Source of the DNA: an uncultured Anaeroplasmataceae bacterium
GTDB lineage: Bacteria > Bacillota_I > Bacilli_A > Acholeplasmatales > Anaeroplasmataceae
Direction: 5' to 3'
Assembly (NCBI GenBank): GCA_910577745.1
Contig: CAJTNG010000001.1
Span: 224,346-288,345 of the forward strand
DNA length: 64,000 bases
Under the pieces are notes generated by a model. It worked only from the letters and a program-made list of their open reading frames with translations, was not told where the DNA came from and made no database searches. The position numbers and the translations under genes were made by a program. Positions 54,430 through 63,951 of this stretch are shown here, one piece after another; the stretch's first letter is position 1; the number at the start of each line of letters is the position of its first letter.

Positions 54430-56271
54430 GTGATTTTTGTGGCAAAAAAGAACAATAAGCAGGATAAGAGAACTGCGAATATTCTTCAATCTAAGAGCAA
54501 AAAAAGTACATCAGAAAAGGTTGAAAATGTTTTAGTGTTTAAGCAAGGAATGACAGTGTCTGATGTTGCAGTAGGTATGGGGAAAACAAATGCTCAAATT
54601 ATCATGAAGTTAATGCAGGCAGGCATAGTAGCAAACCAAAATCAAACCGTGGACAGAGAAACCATTGAACTGGTTGCTTTAGAGTTTGGATTTGATGTAA
54701 AGGATGAGGTTATAACAGATGTGACAAGATTTGATGAAATCGTTGTTGAAGATGATGAAGCATCATTAGAGTCAAGACCACCGGTTGTAACTATTATGGG
54801 TCATGTAGATCATGGAAAAACAACATTACTAGATACGATCCGTTCTTCACGTGTAGCTCGTGGTGAAGCTGGTGGAATTACGCAGCACATTGGTGCATAT
54901 CAGGTGACAAATAATGGCTTTGCTATTACATTTATTGATACACCAGGACACGCTGCATTTACTCAAATGCGTGCACGTGGTGCTCAGATTACGGATATTG
55001 TTGTATTAGTGGTTGCTGCAGATGATGGTGTAATGCCACAAACAGAGGAAGCCATTGCGCATGCTCAAGCGGCAGGGTGTCCAATCATTGTAGCTGTAAA
55101 TAAAATGGATAAGCCAACCGCTAACCCAGATCGAGTAATGGAGGAATTGACAAAATATAATCTAGTTCCTGAAGTTTGGGGAGGAGATACTATTTTTGTT
55201 CCTATCTCTGCATTAAAGGGAGAAGGCGTAGACCAGTTATTAGAAATGATTCAGTTGACTGCTGAAATGAAAGAATTAAAAGCAAATCCAAAACGTTTAG
55301 CTATGGGTACAGTCATTGAAGCAGAATTAGATAAGGGACGGGGACCTCTTGCAACATTCTTGGTTCAAAATGGTACATTAAAGACAGGGGATGTTGTGGT
55401 TTGTGGTGATACATGGGGAAGAATTAGAACGATGGAAGATGATCGACATGTGAGATACACTTCTGTAACTTCTTCCAAAGCTGTTTCTGTAACTGGATTA
55501 AATGCTGTTCCACTTGCTGGAGATAAATTTATGGTATTTAATGATGAAAAAACTGCAAGAGATACCGCTGAAGCTCGCGCAAATCGAACAAAAAATGCGG
55601 ATGCTTTAGCTAGAAAAGCTACATCTTTAGAAGAATTATTTAAGCGTTCTGATGCAGATGTGACAAAAGAGTTAAATTTAATTATTAAGGGAGATGTTCA
55701 AGGCTCTGTGGAAGCTCTAAAAGCTGCTTTAGAGGGGTTGAATGTTGGAGATTTAAAAGTGAATATCATTCGTTCTACTGTAGGAACGATTACAGATACA
55801 GATGTATCTCTAGCTGAAGCTTCTAAAGCTATCATCATTGGATTCAATGTTCGACCAATGGCTTCTGTGCGTAATGAAGCTGCCACTAAGGGTGTAGAAA
55901 TTAGATTATACAATATTATTTATAATGTTTTAAATGATATTGAAGCGGCATTAAAAGGTATGCTAGATCCAGAGTATGAAGAGGTTGTTATTGGTCAAGC
56001 TGAAGTAAGAAGTATCTTTAAACTTTCAAAGGTTGGAACAATTGCAGGCTGTTACGTTACCGATGGTTCTATTGAAAGAAATTCACTTGTCCGAGTTTTA
56101 CGAAATGGAATTGTAGTATTTGAAGGTAAGTTGGCTTCTTTAAAAAGATTTAAAGATGATGCCAAAGAAGTTCGACAAGGATATGAGTGTGGACTTACGA
56201 TTGAAAATTTCAACGATATCAAAGAGTATGATGTTATTGAAGCATCTGTAATGAAGGAGATTGAAAGATAA
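54430..56271 (+). CDS. infB: translation initiation factor IF-2 (short form)
   Basis: G-domain [29 protein letters not shown] start; GTG 54439 is also possible. Confidence 0.9.
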   Translation: MIFVAKKNNKQDKRTANILQSKSKKSTSEKVENVLVFKQGMTVSDVAVGMGKTNAQIIMKLMQAGIVANQNQTVDRETIELVALEFGFDVKDEVITDVTRFDEIVVEDDEASLESRPPVVTIMGHVDHGKTTLLDTIRSSRVARGEAGGITQHIGAYQVTNNGFAITFIDTPGHAAFTQMRARGAQITDIVVLVVAADDGVMPQTEEAIAHAQAAGCPIIVAVNKMDKPTANPDRVMEELTKYNLVPEVWGGDTIFVPISALKGEGVDQLLEMIQLTAEMKELKANPKRLAMGTVIEAELDKGRGPLATFLVQNGTLKTGDVVVCGDTWGRIRTMEDDRHVRYTSVTSSKAVSVTGLNAVPLAGDKFMVFNDEKTARDTAEARANRTKNADALARKATSLEELFKRSDADVTKELNLIIKGDVQGSVEALKAALEGLNVGDLKVNIIRSTVGTITDTDVSLAEASKAIIIGFNVRPMASVRNEAATKGVEIRLYNIIYNVLNDIEAALKGMLDPEYEEVVIGQAEVRSIFKLSKVGTIAGCYVTDGSIERNSLVRVLRNGIVVFEGKLASLKRFKDDAKEVRQGYECGLTIENFNDIKEYDVIEASVMKEIER

Positions 56272-56618
56272 TGAGTATCTCTTTACAAAGACTTGAATCT
56301 CTTGCATTGCGAGAGTTATCCTTGATTTTAAGAAAAGATGCAAAGAATAACTATCTTTCTAATTTAACGATTACTGAAGTAAGAATCACGAAAGATTTAT
56401 CTTATATGAAGATTTATTATACTTACTTTCAAGGAAAAGAAGAAAACTATACCAAAGCTTTAGAAGATTGCAAGGGATATTTAAGAAGTGAACTTGCAAA
56501 GAAACTGAAAGCACGCAAAATGCCTGATTTAATATTTGTGCATGATGAAGCATTAGAATATGGAAATCATATTAATGAAATCATCTCTAAACTAGATATC
56601 AAGCATGATGAGGAATAA
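56271..56618 (+). CDS. rbfA: ribosome-binding factor A
   Basis: TAATG overlap with infB. ITEVRITKDLSYMKIYY and PDLIFVHD motifs. Confidence 0.85.
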   Translation: MSISLQRLESLALRELSLILRKDAKNNYLSNLTITEVRITKDLSYMKIYYTYFQGKEENYTKALEDCKGYLRSELAKKLKARKMPDLIFVHDEALEYGNHINEIISKLDIKHDEE

Positions 56619-56640
56619 AAAAAAGAATACAGGTGTATTC
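56617..56640 (-). terminator. terminator of the Tyr/Pro-rich gene (may also serve rbfA)
   Basis: GAATAC-AGGT-GTATTC hairpin at 56625-56640. A T-run follows it on the minus strand (A-run 56617-56624 on plus). Confidence 0.5.
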
Positions 56641-56876
56641 TAATAAGGCATATATGGATAAGGGGAATATGGATACGGCATAGGCTGTGATGGATATACA
56701 GGATATTGTGGGTATACTGGATAAGGCATTGGATAATTATAATTATTCTTATTTGTGTTACTTGCTATATATCCGAATGGGAAACCAACAGCTGCTCCTA
56801 CAAGCAAAGGTAGTAATAATCCACGATTATCTTCACCGCGGTAGTAATAAGATGATGATGGTTGATAATATTGCAT
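56640..56876 (-). CDS. 78-aa Tyr/Pro-rich small membrane protein
   Basis: Perfect AAGGAGG 6 nt before the ATG at 56876-56874. Sequence MQYYQPSSSYYYRGEDNRGLLLPLLVGAAVGFPFGYIA...YPMPYPVYPQYPVYPSQPMPYPYSPYPYMPY. Terminator directly after the stop. Confidence 0.6.
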   Translation of the reverse strand: MQYYQPSSSYYYRGEDNRGLLLPLLVGAAVGFPFGYIASNTNKNNYNYPMPYPVYPQYPVYPSQPMPYPYSPYPYMPY

Positions 56877-56936
56877 ACTTAACCTCCTTACTTTACTATA
56901 TGCAATACTTAAAAATTTGTGAATTGAGGGAAAAGC

Positions 56937-57764
56937 ATGAGTTGTAATCATAATTGTTCTAGTTGTTCATCTAAAGATTGTAATGAAAGAAACGCAGAAT
57001 CCTTACTTGTGAACACGGCAAAGGAAAACACCATAAAAAAAATTATAGGTGTTGTTTCAGGAAAAGGTGGTGTAGGTAAGTCCACCGTGACATCTTTACT
57101 TGCCTTAAATATGGCAAAGCGAGGCTATAAGGTTGGAATTATGGATGCAGATATTACAGGTCCATCTATTCCAAAAGCCTTTGGAATAAAGAATCAAATC
57201 GTGGGAAATGGTGAATTAATGTTTCCTCAAACCTCAAAGAAATATGGAATAAAACTGATTTCAGTGAATCTTTTAATCGATGAACCAACGAAACCAGTAT
57301 TATGGCGTGGTCCTGTGATTGGCGGAGCAGTAAAACAATTTTATACGGATGTTTTATGGGAAGAATTAGATTTCCTATTTATTGATATGCCACCTGGAAC
57401 AGGAGATGTTGCTTTAACTGTATTTCAGTCTATTCCCGTGGATGATGTTATCATTGTATCAACACCACAAGATTTGGTTTCTATGATTGTAGGTAAGGCA
57501 GTTAATATGTGTAAAATGATGAACATACCTATGCTAGGACTAGTAGAGAATATGAGTTATATGGAATGTCCATGTTGTGCGGAAAAACTTCACCCATTTG
57601 GAGTTTCCAAATTGGAAGAAGTTGCAGCAACCTATGAACTATCTGCTTTAGACCAAATGCCAATACAGCCTGAAACCGCAGATTTAGTGGATCAAGGTTT
57701 GGTAGAAGAAGCTGATGCTTCTATATTGGATAGAACGGCAATGACGTTAGAAAAAATTTTATAG
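56937..57764 (+). CDS. Mrp/NBP35-family Fe-S cluster carrier ATPase
   Basis: N-terminal Cys-rich CNHNCSSCSSKDC. Deviant Walker A SGKGGVGKSTV. CPCC motif in MECPCCAEK. Confidence 0.8.
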   Translation: MSCNHNCSSCSSKDCNERNAESLLVNTAKENTIKKIIGVVSGKGGVGKSTVTSLLALNMAKRGYKVGIMDADITGPSIPKAFGIKNQIVGNGELMFPQTSKKYGIKLISVNLLIDEPTKPVLWRGPVIGGAVKQFYTDVLWEELDFLFIDMPPGTGDVALTVFQSIPVDDVIIVSTPQDLVSMIVGKAVNMCKMMNIPMLGLVENMSYMECPCCAEKLHPFGVSKLEEVAATYELSALDQMPIQPETADLVDQGLVEEADASILDRTAMTLEKIL

Positions 57765-57836
57765 GATAAATGCCTATTATCTAAAAAATAATAGGCTTTC
57801 TTATGTAAAATAACTCTATTTGTTTCTGTCGAATTA

Positions 57837-57845
57837 TGGTATAAT
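57837..57845 (+). promoter_or_regulatory. extended -10 element upstream of plsC
   Basis: TGGTATAAT at 57837-57845, with only a weak -35. It lies inside the track ORF N-terminus, arguing for the downstream TTG start. Confidence 0.4.
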
Positions 57846-57870
57846 ATTCAATACAAAGGGGGAGATTGGT

Positions 57871-58704
57871 TTGATTTTAGGAATAATCTTCTTGCTACTG
57901 AGTATAGCTTTAACATCTGTTTTTTATTATTTTACAAATTTATATGAGATTTGGTATTATTTTTTTGTGCCTATTTTATGCATCCCTGTCTTTTGGTTGG
58001 TATGTTTTTTAGTGTATATTTTGATAATTCTAATCATTTCTTTATGTTTTCCTAAAAAGAAAGAGGTTCCACGTCCAAGTAAACTATGGCATTTTTGGAT
58101 AAGAGAAACGGCCTTTTTATTATTATTATTTTTTAGAGTACGGGTAAAAGTGATAGGAAAAGAATGTATAGATCCTAAAAAACAATACCTTATAGTATCC
58201 AATCATCTTTCCATGTTTGATCCTATTTCTATCGTTACCAAATTAAAGCTTAAGCATATCGTCTGTGTATCTAAAAAAGAAAATATTAAGTATCCCATCT
58301 GTGGGACTTTCATTTATAAAGCAGGTTATATTTTTTTAGATCGAGAGGATAATCATGCTGCCATTCATTCCATACGTAAGGCTACTGAGTATTTAGCCAA
58401 TGGGTGGTCTAGTATTTATATATGTCCAGAGGGTACAAGAAGTAAGACTGGAAAGCTTTTACCATTTCATGCTGGGTCTTTTAAGATTGCGACTAAGGCT
58501 GAAACCGATATTATTGTTTGCTACATCCAAAATACAAATCATGTGATGTGCAGATTTCCCTTCAGAAGTACGAAAGTCACTTTGAAAATCTTACGGATTA
58601 TTCCAAAGGAAGAAGTAGTGATGAAGAAGACGGTGGAATTATCATCAGAGGTATATGAAATATTAAAGAAGGAAGAGGATAAAAATGAATTATCTACTGT
58701 ATAA
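57871..58704 (+). CDS. plsC: 1-acyl-sn-glycerol-3-phosphate acyltransferase
   Basis: NHLSMFD (H-x4-D) and CPEGTRS motifs, N-terminal TM helices. Start set to TTG 57871 (AGGGGGAG RBS 6-7 nt upstream), not the track TTG at 57820. Confidence 0.7.
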   Translation: MILGIIFLLLSIALTSVFYYFTNLYEIWYYFFVPILCIPVFWLVCFLVYILIILIISLCFPKKKEVPRPSKLWHFWIRETAFLLLLFFRVRVKVIGKECIDPKKQYLIVSNHLSMFDPISIVTKLKLKHIVCVSKKENIKYPICGTFIYKAGYIFLDREDNHAAIHSIRKATEYLANGWSSIYICPEGTRSKTGKLLPFHAGSFKIATKAETDIIVCYIQNTNHVMCRFPFRSTKVTLKILRIIPKEEVVMKKTVELSSEVYEILKKEEDKNELSTV

Positions 58705-59524
58705 TCCTCTTTCAAGTAATGGAAAAGGAACTGCAATCAAGGATGAGGCAATTCTTTCTTTAAGGGATCGTTTTCAGGAATTTACAGAAATTAATGTTTT
58801 AGAATTAGATAAGGAAGAATTTATACTTCAGTTAAAAGAAGAGGATATTGTTGTTTTAGTTGGTGGAGATGGAACCCTAAATCATTTTGCGAATGCAGTG
58901 TACGAATTGAATGTTAAAAATAAAATTTATCTTTATCGTGCAGGAACTGGAAATGATTTTTCAAGAGATATTTCTTTAGAGGGGGATTTAATAGATTTAA
59001 AGCCTTACTTAAGCAAATTACCAAAAATTCGAGTTAATGGAAAAGTCTCTTATTTCATCAATGGAATAGGGTATGGAATTGATGGTATGGTCTGTGAGGT
59101 AGCAGATAATTTAAGATCACAAGGCATAAAGGATATCAACTATACTAAAATTGCAATTCGATTATTGATGATGAAGTATAAACGTCCAAACGCAAAGGTA
59201 TTGGTAGATGGGAAAGAATTTCGGTTTAAAAAGGTTTGGTTTGCTTCTTCCATGAATGGACAATATTATGGAGCTGGAATGATGGTGGCGCCTGGTCAGA
59301 ATCGTTTAACGGATGATCTTACTTTTGTTACAGTTCAAAAACTTGGTCGTCTTAGGGCTCTTATGATTTTTCCCTCTATTTTTAAAGGAGAGCATATTAA
59401 AAAGACAAACAACTGTATCATGATAAAAGGAAAGCATATTGAGGTTTATTTTAGTAAACCTATGGCTTTACAGATAGATGGGGAAGTTGTAAGAAATGTT
59501 ACGCACTACGAAGTTTTTAAATAG
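58685..59524 (+). CDS. diacylglycerol-kinase-family lipid kinase (DAGKc domain)
   Basis: LYNPLSSNGKG and VLVGGDGTLNHF motifs. Overlaps the end of plsC by 20 nt. Confidence 0.7.
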   Translation: MNYLLYNPLSSNGKGTAIKDEAILSLRDRFQEFTEINVLELDKEEFILQLKEEDIVVLVGGDGTLNHFANAVYELNVKNKIYLYRAGTGNDFSRDISLEGDLIDLKPYLSKLPKIRVNGKVSYFINGIGYGIDGMVCEVADNLRSQGIKDINYTKIAIRLLMMKYKRPNAKVLVDGKEFRFKKVWFASSMNGQYYGAGMMVAPGQNRLTDDLTFVTVQKLGRLRALMIFPSIFKGEHIKKTNNCIMIKGKHIEVYFSKPMALQIDGEVVRNVTHYEVFK

Positions 59525-59529
59525 AGTAT

Positions 59530-59562
59530 AAAACCTATAAATCTTGCATTTATAGGTTTTTT
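59530..59562. terminator. bidirectional terminator between convergent genes
   Basis: AAAACCTATAAAT-CTTGC-ATTTATAGGTTTT, with A/T runs on both sides. Confidence 0.65.
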
Positions 59563-59857
59563 ATAATGTTTTAAATTTTTGAATAATGTCTTCAATATGA
59601 TTTACTTTTGTTTTTAAGACTTCAACCGCATCATCAATATTTGGTGTGTTGGTTTGGCCATTTAAGTTTTGTGCCTGTGCTCCTATGGTTTGCATTACCT
59701 CTCCAAGTAAGTTATAAAAATTGCCTAAAGATTGTAATTGATTGGAATTCAGACCTTCACTTAAAACCACACCTAAAATATAGGCAAGTGTTGCAAATTC
59801 AAATGGATTGAGCGTCAGTAGTAATTCACTAAGTTTAACTATGGGGTTTTTAGTCAT
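59561..59857 (-). CDS. hypothetical small protein (98 aa)
   Basis: AGAGG RBS. Hydrophobic or amphipathic N-terminal half (FEFATLAYILGVVLSEGL), Gln/Asn-rich middle. Confidence 0.5.
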   Translation of the reverse strand: MTKNPIVKLSELLLTLNPFEFATLAYILGVVLSEGLNSNQLQSLGNFYNLLGEVMQTIGAQAQNLNGQTNTPNIDDAVEVLKTKVNHIEDIIQKFKTL

Positions 59858-59956
59858 AAAAAACCTCTTTTTTTAAATAAATTTTTTGGATATCTATAAA
59901 AAAATAGAATCGGTTGGTAATTATTTTATGAAGGTATAAAAGAAAGGAAATTTTAT

Positions 59957-60589
59957 ATGAAGAAAATAACAGCAATAATTTTATGTTTCATTACTATCAT
60001 CTTATGTAATTTCGTGGAATGTTATGCAGATAGTGATTCCTATGAAACCTATAATGAGATTATGATGGTCAATGGAAAGCTTTTAAGATATTTTACAGAT
60101 GAGGAATTAAATCTGTACATGCAAAATGTGAAAAAAAGAATATTTTGGGGAATTAATGTTTACACAGTCCATAAAAATATAGAGGCAACCTATATTTCCT
60201 CCACCCTCTACAATGTTGAAAATCAAGGGGATACAGACGTTTCCTATGAACTAGATATTGTAGTGGATGTTTCAAATAAAACGACCTGGAGTGTTTCTGG
60301 AAATTTAAGTGCCACAGGAAAAGGGAGCATAAAAAGCTTCAAAACAGATCTTGCAGCTAAAGTTGGTATGGACTACAGCAGTACGACAACAGAATCTAGA
60401 AAAGAGACACAAAAATTAAAGGTGATTGTAGAGGCAGGAAGTCGCGCCATTGTATATTTAATGGGAAGTGCTAGAGTGACCAATGGAGTATGTGCCTGTT
60501 ATATATGTTTTGTCAATGTTGCGAGCTGTGGATTTGAATTCTTTACATTGGTGAACCAATATCCAAGAATGGAGAAAAGAAAACTATGA
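59957..60589 (+). CDS. secreted beta-rich protein, possibly an aerolysin/ETX-MTX2-like fold (speculative)
   Basis: Signal peptide MKKITAIILCFITIILCNFVECYA. Ser/Thr-rich alternating stretch VSNKTTWSVSGNLSATGKGSIKSFKTDLAAKVGMDYSSTTTESRKETQKLKV. Four Cys near the C-terminus. Confidence 0.5.
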   Translation: MKKITAIILCFITIILCNFVECYADSDSYETYNEIMMVNGKLLRYFTDEELNLYMQNVKKRIFWGINVYTVHKNIEATYISSTLYNVENQGDTDVSYELDIVVDVSNKTTWSVSGNLSATGKGSIKSFKTDLAAKVGMDYSSTTTESRKETQKLKVIVEAGSRAIVYLMGSARVTNGVCACYICFVNVASCGFEFFTLVNQYPRMEKRKL

Positions 60590-61461
60590 AGAAAATAATA
60601 GGAGTACTTTGCTTTAGCCTTTTCACTCTGTTCTTGACAATTTTAATTATGGCAAAAACAAAAAATGTTACAGAGACTGTGAAATATTATACCATACCAA
60701 GAATGTATGCCTATCACTATACAGAGGATAAAAAAATGAAATTTGAGATTTTTGTAAATGATGAAAATAGTCTGATTGCATATGGTAACGAGAATAGCTA
60801 TAGTATAAAAGATAAGCTTAAAACTTTTACTTTAACGGATGTGGAAATTCAAAAGCAGTTAGATTTTCAGTCAAAAGAAGAAATTATCTATAAATATAGT
60901 ATTACCTCTAACCTGTTATCTTTAAGTGATGAGGATTTATATTTGAAAGACTGTAAATTAGAAATTAAAAATCAAAGCTTTCATTTAAGTTTAGAGCTAG
61001 GAGATATCAGTGTGTATAGAAAACACTATGACAGTCTGCAATTTACAGATGTATATGGAAATTATGCTTATATAGAAGAAGAGTTACATCTCATAGGAAT
61101 TACTCTTCAGCTCCCAAAAACATATCATATTCTGTATGAGATAAAAATTGGTCAAGCGAACTGCTTATTTGACCACATAGAGAAGGATATGCTTTATGAC
61201 AGTCAAAGAAATGTCATAGATCTAGGATATGACCCTATAGGTATGCCAGTAGACCATACATCTTATGTCCTTGATGCAAAGTATGGATACTACTATTTTC
61301 CTATCACTTATGAAGAATTAAAATTAATTACCGAATTGGCCATAGTTCTTTATATAGATGGAAATATATATTACATAGATGACTTTCTATATCTTGCAAA
61401 CGAGATTTCTTTAAAAGAGTATAGTAATACCAAAGTAGAAGGAGTTGTGGTTTATGCTTAA
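60586..61461 (+). CDS. N-terminally anchored or secreted hypothetical protein
   Basis: ATGA overlap with the previous gene. One N-terminal hydrophobic helix. No recognised domain. Confidence 0.5.
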   Translation: MKKIIGVLCFSLFTLFLTILIMAKTKNVTETVKYYTIPRMYAYHYTEDKKMKFEIFVNDENSLIAYGNENSYSIKDKLKTFTLTDVEIQKQLDFQSKEEIIYKYSITSNLLSLSDEDLYLKDCKLEIKNQSFHLSLELGDISVYRKHYDSLQFTDVYGNYAYIEEELHLIGITLQLPKTYHILYEIKIGQANCLFDHIEKDMLYDSQRNVIDLGYDPIGMPVDHTSYVLDAKYGYYYFPITYEELKLITELAIVLYIDGNIYYIDDFLYLANEISLKEYSNTKVEGVVVYA

Positions 61462-62050
61462 ATTCCAAGATGTTAGGAAAAAATATTCACGTTCAGGAGG
61501 AATAGAGAGGGTAAATATTGGCATTGAACCTCAAAAATTTTATCTATTTCTTGGAGAGAATGGAAGTGGGAAATCCACCACATTAAAACTGATATCCAAA
61601 GTCATTTTTCCAGATAAAAATCAAGGAACCCTGCTAAATGAATTTAAAGAAATTATTTATCTACCTGATAAAAGAAGTTATCCCAATCTTTTAAGTGCAA
61701 AAGTATATTTGGCATATTATTTATCTCTAAAAATGAAATCAAAAAGAATAGAAGAATATTTAGAAAGATATCAACTTCCAAATGGGAAGATTGGAAGTTT
61801 TTCAAAAGGGATGCAGCAAAAACTTGGTATAGTTCAAACTATATTAAAAGATGGAGATCTATATTTGTTTGACGAACCAACAGATGGATTGGATAAAGAA
61901 TCCATTACCCTATTTAAAGAAGATATAGAACATTTATTAAAACAGAAAAAGACTGTCATCATCAGCACCCACAATAAAAACATATTTAAGGATTTAAAGC
62001 CCATTTGTTATACTTTTAAGAATGGAGTATGTAATGAGAAAAAGATTTGA
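61454..62050 (+). CDS. compact ABC transporter ATP-binding protein (198 aa)
   Basis: Walker A GENGSGKST, signature variant FSKGMQQKLG, Walker B LYLFDEPTDGLD. ATG 61454 overlaps the upstream stop by 8 nt. Confidence 0.75.
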   Translation: MLKFQDVRKKYSRSGGIERVNIGIEPQKFYLFLGENGSGKSTTLKLISKVIFPDKNQGTLLNEFKEIIYLPDKRSYPNLLSAKVYLAYYLSLKMKSKRIEEYLERYQLPNGKIGSFSKGMQQKLGIVQTILKDGDLYLFDEPTDGLDKESITLFKEDIEHLLKQKKTVIISTHNKNIFKDLKPICYTFKNGVCNEKKI

Positions 62051-62777
62051 AGCGATACGATTGATAAAACTTTATTTAGCCTATCATATGAATTTTTTAA
62101 CTTGTATAATTTTGGGAATCATGCTCATTTTATGGTCTGTTGTATTATTTCTCAATGCGGGGATCCCGTTAGAAATGGAAGACTATTTAAGGAACTATAA
62201 AATGTATCATTTCAATTATTTTGATCAGTCCTTGTATGTTTTACAAATTTTAGACGCCTTTATCATTTCTTTTTTAATAGGAACAGAAGTACATAGTTTC
62301 TCAACCTATGATTCTATGTTTGTCGCAAATGTAAATCGACAAAAAGTCATTATAGCCAAACTGATTTCTAATTTCCTCCTATTTATAGGAATTCAAACCT
62401 TTCAAATTTTACTTCTCTACCTAATTCCTACAATATTTTATCCAAACTATCTTTTTGAGCTTAAGGCTTTGATGCTAATCCTATACTTTCCAATATCATT
62501 TTTAATTTTATTTATAGCTGGAGAACTCATTTTAGTCCTATTTCATTCTTATTTTGTTTCAATCTTGATTTTTATTCTTTATCTCGTAATCTTCATCTCT
62601 AAAAAAATAGAAAATATCTCTAAAATCGTAGTTGCCTTTATTCCTAATGTAACCTATAAAGGTGAAAACATTTATCAGCTACAAGGAAATTTACTTATAA
62701 CTTTAAGCCTGAGTTTATTGCTCGTTATAGGCATATTTCTATTATTTCAAAAAAAAGACTTAAAGAATTATAGTTAA
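62034..62777 (+). CDS. ABC-2-type multi-pass membrane permease (putative)
   Basis: About 6 hydrophobic helices. Overlaps the ATPase gene. GGAG lies 6 nt before ATG 62034 (ATG 62022 also possible). Confidence 0.55.
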   Translation: MRKRFEAIRLIKLYLAYHMNFLTCIILGIMLILWSVVLFLNAGIPLEMEDYLRNYKMYHFNYFDQSLYVLQILDAFIISFLIGTEVHSFSTYDSMFVANVNRQKVIIAKLISNFLLFIGIQTFQILLLYLIPTIFYPNYLFELKALMLILYFPISFLILFIAGELILVLFHSYFVSILIFILYLVIFISKKIENISKIVVAFIPNVTYKGENIYQLQGNLLITLSLSLLLVIGIFLLFQKKDLKNYS

Positions 62778-63041
62778 AATTACAATGTTTTATGCAAATC
62801 CTGTCGAAATAAGTGTGTTGATTTTTGTAGATTTATATTATAAACTGTTATAAAATGAAAATGAAACCATAGAATTATTAAGAATATGAATAATATAGTA
62901 AGCAAAGTGATTCTGAGCTTTGTACGGATTATTATTTTGATTTATTTCTTAAACTTTTCTCAAATAATATTTTTATATCCTCAGCAAATTAGGGGACTGA
63001 TAAAAGATTTTAATCCCACAAATTAAAGGAAGGAATCGATT

Positions 63042-63935
63042 ATGCATCTATATATTTTATTTATCATATCTTTAATCATTTTGATTTTTACAGTTTCTGG
63101 ATGTATTTGCTACAGAATCATATTTAAAAAGGAAAATAGAAAATTTAGTCTTTACTATTTAATTCCATTGTCGTGCTTATTGATATCTATAGGAATAGGG
63201 ATACCAATGAGTATCAGCATCTCTGAAATGGGAGAACTTAAAGAGTGGATGTTTCCTGAAGAAATAGAACTTCCTCATTGGAAAACAATAGAAGATATAG
63301 AGTTTTCGCAATGGAACTCTATAGATTATCTTGAAGAGGCTGAATCTACAAGTATAGATTTTCTTTATGACGGAATTGATGAGTCTTATGGTAGAAAAGC
63401 AGTTATTGAGATTTTACTATCAGAAAATCATAGAGATATCACAGATATCAATTTTTCTATCCTTGCTTCAAGGTCAAAGAAATATGAAGAAAGACCATTA
63501 GAACGTGCCTTATATGAGGCTGAATATACAAAAGATAGATTTTATTTAAAACGAAAAAAATATATAAAAATTGAACCTTATACTATAGAATCTGTTTCAT
63601 TTTTAAATTTTTTATCTTTATCAAGATTAATTCGTGAAGGAGATATAGTTCATGCAGTATCAGACAAAACAAATAGGATTCACATTTGTTATCAAGAAGC
63701 TTCTCCTCTTATGAGATTTAGTGGACAATGGATTACTGCAATCAATCAAAATGGAGAAGAGAAAGAAGCTGTACTGCCAAGTATACTTTTTGAAATTATA
63801 CCTACAACTTATCTTCAAGTAGCTGTCTATAATGATATAGAAAATAGTTTAATTTACTTTAAAAATCCGCCTTATTTAACCTTTGATGAATTTATGAATT
63901 TTGCAGAATATATTGCAAATGCGCATCCATCATAA
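63042..63935 (+). CDS. membrane-anchored hypothetical protein (2 TM plus soluble domain)
   Basis: AAAGGAAGG RBS. Two N-terminal helices. No recognised domain. Confidence 0.45.
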   Translation: MHLYILFIISLIILIFTVSGCICYRIIFKKENRKFSLYYLIPLSCLLISIGIGIPMSISISEMGELKEWMFPEEIELPHWKTIEDIEFSQWNSIDYLEEAESTSIDFLYDGIDESYGRKAVIEILLSENHRDITDINFSILASRSKKYEERPLERALYEAEYTKDRFYLKRKKYIKIEPYTIESVSFLNFLSLSRLIREGDIVHAVSDKTNRIHICYQEASPLMRFSGQWITAINQNGEEKEAVLPSILFEIIPTTYLQVAVYNDIENSLIYFKNPPYLTFDEFMNFAEYIANAHPS

Positions 63936-63951
63936 GATAGGAGATATAGAA

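Noticed and set aside
56687-56947. 86-aa plus-strand ORF opposite the Tyr/Pro-rich gene.
   Set aside because: It has no RBS and overlaps the mrp start. The minus-strand ORF has a perfect AAGGAGG RBS and its own terminator, so the minus strand was preferred.
62886-63026. 46-codon hydrophobic ORF (MNNIVSKVILSFVRIIILIYFLNFSQIIFLYPQQIRGLIKDFNPTN) in the gap after the ABC permease.
   Set aside because: There is no recognisable RBS, and the AT-rich spacer could produce it by chance. It is worth a Ribo-seq look only.
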